NCBI GenBank assembly: GCA_965203905.1
Contig: CBDBDQ010000005.1
Location: 7,008,001 to 7,072,000, forward strand
Reading direction: 5' to 3'
Length of the DNA stretch: 64,000 nucleotides
DNA from: Spirochaetia bacterium
GTDB taxonomy: Bacteria; Spirochaetota; Spirochaetia; SZUA-6; Bin103
This document shows, piece after piece, positions 1 to 8,490 of the stretch. Position 1 is the first letter of the stretch. Each line of letters begins with the position of its first letter. Under the pieces are notes generated by a model that was not told the DNA's origin, ran no database searches, and saw only the letters and a list, made by a program, of their open reading frames with translations. The translations under genes were made by a program, and so were the position numbers.

Positions 1-1050
1 CTCGCGAAACCCATCCCAATGGAGCCGCAGCCGGTCCCATACTATGCCGTGTGATCGTCGCGCGCACTCGGCGCTGAAAGCGGGTGCTCGGAAAAGCAAC
101 CCCACATATTCCGACAAGACGGGGCCGGTCGGCTCGGCCACTATGTAATCGGGGCTGACGAGTCCGTCCACCGGCGCCACACCCACGGCTCCCTGCCACA
201 TCCGCATCTTGTTGAAGACCAGATCGCCCTTGCAAGCCACCTTGTAGCTGGTGAAGTCTACCGTGGTGCCCTCGATCTTCTCGCCGGCGAACTCCAGCGG
301 TACTACCCCTGAGTTGAGCGACACCTCCAGCAGCGGCAAATCAGGACATCCTCGTTGATCGCGCTCACGAAAGAGCCATGCGATCTTGCGCGACTCCCAC
401 TGTGCCGGGGTATCGCCCAGCCATGCGATGCCGGAGTCGCGGAGCGGAACGTCGGGACTCAACCCGCGCGTGACCGCACCGGTGATCAGTGCTTGGAGCC
501 TCTCCTCCAACAAACTGCGCAAGCGCCCCTGCTCCGCCACCAGCGCATCCAGCCGCACCGTCTCCCGGTCCAAATAATCGGCGATGGTACGTTGTTCGAG
601 TATCGAAGGGCACGGCATACGAATCGACTTAAGATCGGCGGCATTCAGTTCGCCGAACGTGGATCCCCTTCCAAGTGCCTGAATCTGACTTATTCGACTA
701 CGGAACCAATAGTAGTAGAATCGGGAATCTACTTTGACCTTGGGCGATAGCAGCACACATCTTTGGTTAGAGCACGCCGGATGTGCGAGGACCGCGAGAA
801 GACCGATGGGTGCTTTCTTCGAGAGCACGATGGCCTTTGCAGGAGCAAGGGTGACAGCGGAGGATTCGTATCCTGAATTAGTGATCTTGCGTCGCGTGTT
901 GTGCAACCAATAACCGGTCAAGTCACTCAGATCCTCCGGCGTAATCCAGAGAATATCACCATCCCAGAACTCGGAGTTTGAGTTTGCTGGAGTGTCCCCA
1001 CTCGTTACCTCAAAAACGTGACGCAGGGGGACGCCAGCGACGGTGTTCAC
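1..1050 (-). CDS. hsdS: Type I restriction-modification specificity subunit, 3' end runs off the window
   Basis: Manual translation from GTG at 1050 (overlaps hsdM TGA): TRD1 (SGDTP..FWDGDILWITPEDL..GRGSTF), conserved helix EQRTIADYLDRETVRLDAL, DSGIAWLGDTPAQW spacer, TRD2 (GDLVFNKMRMWQGAVG..GLVSPDY). Absent from the ORF track because no stop lies in the window. Confidence 0.93.
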   Translation of the reverse strand, partial: MNTVAGVPLRHVFEVTSGDTPANSNSEFWDGDILWITPEDLSDLTGYWLHNTRRKITNSGYESSAVTLAPAKAIVLSKKAPIGLLAVLAHPACSNQRCVLLSPKVKVDSRFYYYWFRSRISQIQALGRGSTFGELNAADLKSIRMPCPSILEQRTIADYLDRETVRLDALVAEQGRLRSLLEERLQALITGAVTRGLSPDVPLRDSGIAWLGDTPAQWESRKIAWLFRERDQRGCPDLPLLEVSLNSGVVPLEFAGEKIEGTTVDFTSYKVACKGDLVFNKMRMWQGAVGVAPVDGLVSPDYIVAEPTGPVLSEYVGLLFRAPAFSAECARRSHGIVWDRLRLHWDGFRE

Positions 1051-3032
1051 GCGGTGACCGCCCGCAACAACCGGATAATCTTCTCTTCCGCTAGCTTCAG
1101 GTCAACGTCGATTTCTTCCAGCGGACGCGGCGGCGTGTACCGGTAGAAGTGGCGGTTGAAGTTGATCTCGTACCCTACTTTGTCCCTGGTGCGGTCCATC
1201 CAGGCATCGGGGACGTGCGGGAGCACTTCGCGCTCGAAGTAAGCGTCGATGTCCTCGGCGAGCGGGACGTTCTCGAAATCGCGCAGCGCAGGGTCGGGCT
1301 CGAAGCCATAACCACGATCGCTCCTGACCGGCGCGGCCTGCAAAGTCTTCGCAGTGAATGCCTCGCGGAACAACCTGTGCTGCGGCTTCTTCCAACGTGA
1401 CCGGCGTTCACGCAGAAGGGCACCGATCCGCTGCCACACGACGTTCCAGTCATCCAGCGGTTCCCGACCCAGGGCCCGGTCGATGGCTTGTACATCGTCG
1501 AGTAACTCGGGCCAGACGTCCAGGAACCGCTCCATCGCGTCCAACGTCACCTGAAAGCGCAGGCGCAGGGGACGCTCCACGGTGACCCGAGTGTACCCGA
1601 AGTCGATGTTGCGAAAGTTCTTGCAGCGCTCTTCGTCCTCGAAACGACCGTACAGCCGTACGATCTCGTCGATCTGATGTTGGGCGAGGTGGCGGCGTTT
1701 GTAGCCAAGGCTGCGCCGGCTCTCCGCGCTGCCACCCGGCGTCCACAGCTCGCGTGCGTCGACGAGTTGAATCCTGCCGCGCCGCCGCTTCTCCTTGCGG
1801 TTGGTGACGATCCACAGGTAGATGCCGATGCCGGTGGTGTAGAGCATTCGCTCGGGTAGCGCGATAATTGCTTCGAGCCAGTCGTTCTCGATGATCCAGC
1901 GGCGGATGTTGCTCTCACCGGAGCCGGCGCCGCCCGTGAACAGCGGCGCGCCGCTGAAGACGATGGCGAGGCGCGAGCCGTGGCGATGCTCGGCCGGGCG
2001 CACGGGCTCGAACTTGGCAATCATGTGCAGCAGGAACAGGAGCGTGCCGTCGTTGACACGCGGCAGCCCGGCGCCGAAGCGCCCGGCGAAGCCCCGTTTC
2101 TCGTGCTCGCGCCGGATCTCGCTCTGCTGCCGTTTCCAGTCGACGCCGAGCGGGGGGTTGATCAGAAAGTAGTCATAGGTCTCGCTCTCGAAGCGGTCTT
2201 CGGTGAGACTGTCGCCGAAGCGTACGTTGTCGTCACGACCGCCGCTGCAGCTTACCTGCTTGATCAACATGTCGGAGGCGGCTGTGGCGTAGGCACGCTT
2301 GTTGTAGTCCTGTCCGTAGACGTAGAGCTTGGCGTCGGGATGATGCTCGCGCAGGTAGCTCTGCGCCTCGGCCAGCATGCCGCCGGTGCCGCAGGCCGGG
2401 TCGAGCAGCTTGCGCACGGTGCCGCGGGTGGCAAGCAGGCTGTCGTCGTTGATGAACAGCACGCTCACCATGAGCCGGATCACCTCGCGCGGCGTGAAGT
2501 GGTCGCCAGCGGTCTCGTTGGCAAGTTCATTGAAGCGGCGGATCAGGTTCTCGAAGATTAGACCCATCTGGTCGTTGGGCACCTGGCTCGGGTGAAGATC
2601 CACCCGGCGGAACTGCGAAACCACCATGTAGAGGATGTTCGCCTCGTGCATCTTCTCGATCTCGGTTTCGAACTCGAAGTACTCGAAGATGCGGCACACC
2701 TCGGATGAGAACCCCTGGATGTAGCTCACCAGATGCTGCGCGATGTTGTCGGGATCCCCTAACAGCCGCTCGAAATCGAGATCCGAGTGGTTGTGGAAGC
2801 GCTGGCCTGCAGCCTGGTTGAGCATGGCGTCGAGCGCTGCACCCTGGTATCGGCCCTTGCGCTTTCGATATTCGGCGAGGACTCGGGCCTTGGTGGGCGC
2901 CAGCACACAGTCGAAGCGGCGCAGCACTGTCATCGGAAGCATGACACGCTCATACTGAGGCGGCCGGTATGGGCCGCGCAGCAGATCGGCGATCTGCCAA
3001 ATCAAGTTGGCGACGTAACCGTGGTCGGGCAT
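1047..3032 (-). CDS. hsdM: Type I restriction-modification DNA methyltransferase subunit M
   Basis: IWQIADLLRG N-terminus, AGDHFTPREVI, motif I DPACGTGGML, motif IV NPPL (normally NPPF), C-terminal VGYEINFNRHFY; coupled to hsdS. Confidence 0.95.
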   Translation of the reverse strand: MPDHGYVANLIWQIADLLRGPYRPPQYERVMLPMTVLRRFDCVLAPTKARVLAEYRKRKGRYQGAALDAMLNQAAGQRFHNHSDLDFERLLGDPDNIAQHLVSYIQGFSSEVCRIFEYFEFETEIEKMHEANILYMVVSQFRRVDLHPSQVPNDQMGLIFENLIRRFNELANETAGDHFTPREVIRLMVSVLFINDDSLLATRGTVRKLLDPACGTGGMLAEAQSYLREHHPDAKLYVYGQDYNKRAYATAASDMLIKQVSCSGGRDDNVRFGDSLTEDRFESETYDYFLINPPLGVDWKRQQSEIRREHEKRGFAGRFGAGLPRVNDGTLLFLLHMIAKFEPVRPAEHRHGSRLAIVFSGAPLFTGGAGSGESNIRRWIIENDWLEAIIALPERMLYTTGIGIYLWIVTNRKEKRRRGRIQLVDARELWTPGGSAESRRSLGYKRRHLAQHQIDEIVRLYGRFEDEERCKNFRNIDFGYTRVTVERPLRLRFQVTLDAMERFLDVWPELLDDVQAIDRALGREPLDDWNVVWQRIGALLRERRSRWKKPQHRLFREAFTAKTLQAAPVRSDRGYGFEPDPALRDFENVPLAEDIDAYFEREVLPHVPDAWMDRTRDKVGYEINFNRHFYRYTPPRPLEEIDVDLKLAEEKIIRLLRAVTA

Positions 3033-3218
3033 CGGAGCAGACGCGTATCCAATTGGGTTCGCGGTTCGTTACTATGCCACGGACCGATTGTGTGTGTCGC
3101 ACATCGAGGGCGTTGATGGCAGACCGATCGCTGCGGGCTCAGAATAGCAACGTGCACGGCGCGGCCAGCCTGGGGCTGGCGTGGTTGTGACGACCTGGCC
3201 AACTGGTACTGGACCGGA

Positions 3219-3570
3219 GTGAGCCCCCCGCATCGACCTGCAGACGATTCCGAGGCCCATCATCCTGGCCGGGGACGAGGATACCGCTGACCGCGATCCG
3301 CTGCTCCACTACCACGAGGGCATCTTCCGGCTGTTCTGCTCCGTGGTGCGGGCGCGGCCGGACGGCAACGATCGCTTCCACGTCGGCGTGACCGAGAGCC
3401 GCGACCTGCGCTCGTGGGGACCGCTGCGCCCGGTCACCGATCCCCGCGACCCGCGTAGCTTCTGCGGGCCGGGCGGCATCGTCCGCCACGACGGCCGCTG
3501 GGTGCTGTGCCTGAGCAGCTATCCGCGGCCCGACGTACACCAAGCGCGCTGCTGGACCATGGCCAGCACC
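3219..3570 (+). pseudogene. 5' fragment of a beta-propeller glycoside-hydrolase-like gene
   Basis: Reads IDLQTIPRPIILAGDEDTADRDPLLHYHEGIFRLF..SRDLRSW.. then decays into low-complexity sequence; the probable GTG start (3219, after GGA) is out of frame by one base in a C run. Confidence 0.5.
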
Positions 3571-4005
3571 TGGCCGCCGCGAGCGCGCCCACCACGGCGC
3601 GGCCAGCGTCGCCATCGCCTGGAGCGACGACCTGCGGCGCTGGTTCTGGCCCGGCCACCTCGGCCCGGCGTGACTTGGCCGCGGCAAGCCCGCTTTTCCC
3701 GCATGCTGCCGCCGAGTCGCATCGCATCGCCACCATCGCCACGCCACCCCACGCCACGCCAACGCCACCAACACCGTCACCTGCTCGTCACCGGCGCCGC
3801 CGCGGGCCGCAGACGGTGCGCGAGCTGCACGCGATAACCGCCGTCGAAGGCCGGTCGCGGTCGTAATCCGCGGGCCGCTCCACGGGAAGCACGCCATTCG
3901 ACGGCAGCGATATCAGCGTCTTCCATACTCCGCCGGCCCTCGCGTGCTATGATCTGATTCAACACCGGCGTATGGTGAATTCGCGACGCCTGGAGGACAG
4001 CTTAC

Positions 4006-4551
4006 ATGTCCCTGATCGAGCATCTGGAAACTGACGGGTGGGAGGAGTTCTTTCGAGGTGTTTTCGAGTACACACTCGAAGTCATGAAGCACGACCGCTT
4101 CCGTTCGGTCGGCAGTGCCGCGGACGATCTGAGAGGCTGGCTTGCCAGGGGCGGGGTCGCCAGGGTCCGGGAGCGTCTCGACGATCAGATGGAAATGCGC
4201 CGGTTCAGCGCCTCCCAAAAGGTTGCCGTCCGCGACTACCTTGAGCAATTGGTTCGAGAGAATCGTCGGGCGCTGCTGGACCTGACCGCCACCGGTGTCA
4301 TCCCTGCGAGCGGGCAGGTGCAAACGGAAGCGCTCGGCGTGTCGGAAACCGACGTTCAGGATCTGCTCGACCGGATGCTCGCAGGTGAACGACCCTTCGA
4401 GGACTGGATGCATGCTCACGGACATTCTGATGAGGAGATTTCCGAAATCTACCAGCTGATCGACGACTGGTTGCTGCAGAAGGGAATCATCCCCGCACGC
4501 CCGCCTGACTGGCGGGAGCTGCGCAACGAGCAGGGGATCGACTCCCCATGA
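4006..4551 (+). CDS. Hypothetical protein, 181 aa, predicted helical and acidic
   Basis: GGAGGA RBS, ATG start, protein-like composition; no family recognised. Confidence 0.75.
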   Translation: MSLIEHLETDGWEEFFRGVFEYTLEVMKHDRFRSVGSAADDLRGWLARGGVARVRERLDDQMEMRRFSASQKVAVRDYLEQLVRENRRALLDLTATGVIPASGQVQTEALGVSETDVQDLLDRMLAGERPFEDWMHAHGHSDEEISEIYQLIDDWLLQKGIIPARPPDWRELRNEQGIDSP

Positions 4552-4589
4552 TTGCGCCAATCAGCGTGCGGAAGTGCGCGGCGGCACGT

Positions 4590-4890
4590 CGACCAACTCG
4601 GCCGCGGAAGATCTTCTCGGCCCAGGGGCGACCTGGCGCGCGGTCGAACACGACCAGGTGGCCCGCCTCCGCCGCACGGCGGTCCATGTAGCCGCGGGTC
4701 TGCTCCACTCCCTCGGCGATGGTCCGCTCCAGGTCCTTGCGCAGCACCTTGCACTCCACCACGTAGCGGCGCTCGCGCCCACCCTGCAGCCACACGATCA
4801 GCAGGTCGGTGCGCCCGCGCCCCAGCGCGTACTCCCGCTCGATGCGTCCGCCGGCGTTGACGATGCGTTGCAGGTGCGCCTGTGCAACTG
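4590..4890 (-). pseudogene. C-terminal remnant of an ATPase/PD-(D/E)XK nuclease-family gene
   Basis: QAHLQRIVNAGGRIEREYALGRGRTDLL..VVECKV..GHLVVFDR matches the typical C-terminal nuclease domain; the ATPase N-terminus is missing. Confidence 0.75.
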
Positions 4891-4980
4891 CGGTCCGGCC
4901 TCGTGGGCCGCCCGGAAACACCTTGCGCGGCCACGCGTCTGGTGAGCAATATGTAACCGTACACCAAGTAGGAGAATGCG

Positions 4981-5976
4981 ATGCGACTGAACCTCAAATC
5001 AGCGTCGGCCCTTGCCGTTCTGGCATTGGTCATGTTGGCGAGCGGGGCTGCCTGGGCCGAGCCCACTGCCGCCCAAGTCAGGGACGACGAAACCCTCAAG
5101 GCCTTCGTGGAAGGGGCGAAGGCACATATCGAGGCGATCACGGACATGAACGAGGGAGCAAGGCTCAGGGAGAAGCTGAGAACGGAGGGCGACTGGAAGT
5201 CCGGATCGATGTTCCTCGTCATCTTCCTCAAGACCGGGGAGCCGTTCATCCACGGGAACGATCGCACGGCGGAGAGCAAGAATCTGATCGGCGTCGAGGA
5301 CGAGCGCGGAACCAGGGTCGTCGAGGAACTCCTCGCGGCCGCTGCCCGAGGGGGCGGTTTCGTCGAGTACCACGACGGGGGGCCGAAGACGGCATACGCG
5401 GTCGAATACACGTCCGGGATCACCGCAAGAGAATTCGTGCTGGTCGGCGGCTACTCGCAGGACGTCTCCCATGTCGCGATCCAGACCGCGGATCTGCCGA
5501 AGCCCGCCGTCGTCGCAGCGCAGGTCGTGGACCGCGAGACGCTCATCACCTTCGTCGAGGAAGCGGCCAAGACGTACCGCGAAGCCGTCATGTCGGAAGG
5601 CTACAGCGGCCTCACCAGGGTCAGAAACGCCTTCCGGGTGGAAGGAGGGGACTGGAAATCAGGCTCCATCTACCTGTGGGTCGTGAGTGGCGGGGGCGTT
5701 ACCCTGTTTCACGGATCGGAGCCCTATCGCGAAGGCAAGCCCACGGACATGGTGAGGACGGACTCCCAGGGGATCAAGATCGCGGAGGAGCTGATCGGAG
5801 GTGCGCGGCGCGAGGGTCGGAAGTTCTTGCGGTATCACTACGACAACCCGGCCATCGAGGGCGACGAGGAACTCGGTTCCCCGAAGTTCGGCTACGCGGT
5901 GAGCTTCGCGGTGCCCAACACCGACCAGAGGGCCGTCATCGGCTCCGGCATCTATCTCGACATAGACGCCAAGTGA
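4981..5976 (+). CDS. Secreted protein with two tandem Cache-like sensory domains
   Basis: Signal peptide (..GAAWA), two internal repeats (TAAQVRDDETLKAFVE..GDWKSGSMFL / VAAQVVDRETLITFVE..GDWKSGSIYL), Cache-like GGFVEY / PKFGY / VIGSGIY segments. Confidence 0.8.
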   Translation: MRLNLKSASALAVLALVMLASGAAWAEPTAAQVRDDETLKAFVEGAKAHIEAITDMNEGARLREKLRTEGDWKSGSMFLVIFLKTGEPFIHGNDRTAESKNLIGVEDERGTRVVEELLAAAARGGGFVEYHDGGPKTAYAVEYTSGITAREFVLVGGYSQDVSHVAIQTADLPKPAVVAAQVVDRETLITFVEEAAKTYREAVMSEGYSGLTRVRNAFRVEGGDWKSGSIYLWVVSGGGVTLFHGSEPYREGKPTDMVRTDSQGIKIAEELIGGARREGRKFLRYHYDNPAIEGDEELGSPKFGYAVSFAVPNTDQRAVIGSGIYLDIDAK

Positions 5977-6155
5977 CCCCTGGCCTCGACTACCTGCACG
6001 TGAACGGTTGCCGCGGTACCGGGGCATCGGTTGACTCCAGCGCTCCTCCTTCGACAACAATGCCCCGAAACGACGAGCTGCTGAGATCACGGTGACACCT
6101 GCCCACCGGGGCAGATGCCAGCTTCGCGGAATCGGTGGCTCGGTAGAGGTAAAAC

Positions 6156-8489
6156 GTGCTACACGGTCAAGACGCCCAGGCGGATCTCTTTGTGGCTACC
6201 GATGGGGACGATGGCTGGTCCGGCAGGCTGCCGGAACCCAACGCCGAAGGGACCGACGGCCCGTTGGCGAGCCTGGCCAGGGCGCGCGATGTGGTACGGC
6301 AGCTCAAGCGGGGACAAGACCGCGATATCGTCACCCTGATCCGCGGCGGAACCTACGCCGTTACCGACACGGTGGTGTTTGGACTACAGGACTCTGCCGA
6401 GAACGGGTATTCCATCACCTACGCTGCGTATCCCGGAGAGATCCCTGTGTTGAGCGCCGGCGTCCCCATCGGCGAGTGGCGCAAGCTCGACCAGGAGCCC
6501 GATGAACTGCCCGAGAGAGCCAAGGGACAGGTCTGGGTAGCGGACGTGCCGGCCCTCATGGATGACGGACGCTTCTTCACGCTGTTCGACGGCGACGAGC
6601 GCCTGCCGCGGGCACGGTCGGCGGGCTTTCAACCGTATGATCCACCGGATCCGGTTCAGGATCCCAGCCTGGAACAACCTGAGTACGATACGCTGAGCTT
6701 TCCCCGCGGAACCCTCAGGAACTGGCCGAACCTGGACGACGTGGAGCTCGTCTGGCGCTCCACCTCCTATATGAACATCCTCGGTCTGCGCTCGGTAGAC
6801 GAGCACAGTGGGATCGCCAGGACCTCCCTCCCGGCACAGCTCCCTCTTACCAAGGCGTGGAACTTCATCGACAACGTTCGTGCATCGTGCTGGGTCGAGA
6901 ACGTGTTCGAGGCTCTCGATACGCCCGGCGAGTGGGTGCTCGACAGCCGCGCGGGAAAGCTGTACCTGTGGCCCAAGGGTGAGGTGCCGGGAGACCGGAT
7001 TCTAATCCCGGGCCTCAGGGAGCTGGTCCGGGTAGAGGGCGACGTAGACTTCGCTGGCCCCACCGACACGCCGGTCCGCGGCCTGGTTTTCAAAGGTCTC
7101 ACCTTCAGCCATGGCGAGCGCGATCTGTGGACCGGAGACGACGTGGCGATTCAGCACGATTGGGACATGTACGACAAGGCCAACGCGCTGCTCAGGTTCC
7201 GTGGGGCCGAACGGTGCCTGGTCCAGCAGTGTCGCTTCTGCAACAGTGGCGGCACCGCGCTCCGACTCGATCTGCACTGTCAGAACAACCGAATCGTGGG
7301 CAACCTCGTCGACCACGTCGGCGGGACCGGGATTCTCCTGTGTGGTTACGGTGCGGGCACCAAGGATGTCAACAAGGGCAACGAGGTCGTCAACAACCAT
7401 ATCCATCATTGCGGCGAGCTCTATTGGCACGGGATCGGCATCTTCGTCTGGCAGAGTGGGGAGAACCGCATCGCCAACAACCTGATCCATCATGTGCCCT
7501 ATGACGCTATCGTGCTCAGCGGTGTGCGCCCCTACGTCCTCGCCAGGCAGCCGTGTCCGGGGCCGCATTGCTCCACTCCGCGGGAGAATGACTCCACTCG
7601 CCGCCAGGAAGTAGGCCCGGTCGAAAAGTGGGAGAGGATTCTTGAAACCGGACGCCGCCTTCCCATGCTGGAGGCGGAGGTACTGGTTCGCTACCTGCGC
7701 GAAGTCGAGCCGTTCGAGCACGTCCGCAACAATCTCGTGGAAGACAACGAGATCCACCACGCTCTGGAGGTGCTGGGAGACGGCAATGCGATCTATCTCT
7801 CCGATACCGGCAAGGGCAACGTCATACGACGCAACTACATCCACCACATGATGGGACTGGGAGGCCAGTCCGCGATCCGCACCGACGCGTACATCACGGA
7901 CACCCTGATTGCCGACAACATCATCTACAAGTGCAACTGCGGTGGGCTCAACCTCAAGCACTGGAACAACCACGCAGAGAACAACATGATCGTCGACATT
8001 CCGGACATCATCGATGAGGATATCGGAGGAAACCCACCGCGCATCCAGCGATTGTCCTTCGGCTATGTCAGCCTGCTGCAGGTGGGAGCTTTCGGCATTC
8101 CCTTTCCATCCAACGAGTACCTGCCGCCGGGGACCTCGTTGAGAATCCAGCGCAACATCATGGTCAAGACCGATCCATCGCAGGTGTTCTATCGCGGCCA
8201 CCGCGTCGGCAACGAGTGGGAGGAGGCCCGGGTTGCCGACTGTGACATCGATTGGAACCTCTATTTCGCAGTGGGCGAGAGCGATCTCGGCGCCAGCCAT
8301 CTCCACAGATACCGGGAGTTGGGCGTCGACCGGCACAGCATCACGGCCGACCCTCTGTTCGTCGATCTCGCCAATGGCGATCTCCGCCTCAAACCCGAGT
8401 CGCCAGCCTTCAAGCTCGGCTTTCGCGCCATCGACGCCACCAGGATTGGACTCAGGGAAGACCTGCCGAGGTATCAACCGGCGCCTTGA
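6156..8489 (+). CDS. Right-handed parallel beta-helix repeat protein (GH141/pectin-lyase-like fold)
   Basis: G.D..SG / DGPLASL / IRGGTY N-terminus, LDTPGEW, repeated N..I..N.IHH motifs, DGNAIY, C-terminal ADPLFVD..GDLRLKPESPA. Confidence 0.85.
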   Translation: MLHGQDAQADLFVATDGDDGWSGRLPEPNAEGTDGPLASLARARDVVRQLKRGQDRDIVTLIRGGTYAVTDTVVFGLQDSAENGYSITYAAYPGEIPVLSAGVPIGEWRKLDQEPDELPERAKGQVWVADVPALMDDGRFFTLFDGDERLPRARSAGFQPYDPPDPVQDPSLEQPEYDTLSFPRGTLRNWPNLDDVELVWRSTSYMNILGLRSVDEHSGIARTSLPAQLPLTKAWNFIDNVRASCWVENVFEALDTPGEWVLDSRAGKLYLWPKGEVPGDRILIPGLRELVRVEGDVDFAGPTDTPVRGLVFKGLTFSHGERDLWTGDDVAIQHDWDMYDKANALLRFRGAERCLVQQCRFCNSGGTALRLDLHCQNNRIVGNLVDHVGGTGILLCGYGAGTKDVNKGNEVVNNHIHHCGELYWHGIGIFVWQSGENRIANNLIHHVPYDAIVLSGVRPYVLARQPCPGPHCSTPRENDSTRRQEVGPVEKWERILETGRRLPMLEAEVLVRYLREVEPFEHVRNNLVEDNEIHHALEVLGDGNAIYLSDTGKGNVIRRNYIHHMMGLGGQSAIRTDAYITDTLIADNIIYKCNCGGLNLKHWNNHAENNMIVDIPDIIDEDIGGNPPRIQRLSFGYVSLLQVGAFGIPFPSNEYLPPGTSLRIQRNIMVKTDPSQVFYRGHRVGNEWEEARVADCDIDWNLYFAVGESDLGASHLHRYRELGVDRHSITADPLFVDLANGDLRLKPESPAFKLGFRAIDATRIGLREDLPRYQPAP

Positions 8490-8490
8490 T

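Noticed and set aside
3715-3775. (ATCGC)/(CACGC) short repeats
   Set aside because: Short, degenerate low-complexity tract with no regular array structure.
7002-8477. Long antisense ORFs (also 27936-29540, 30653-32662, 43697-45142, 51677-53314)
   Set aside because: They mirror real genes on the opposite strand and carry no motifs; expected at this GC content.
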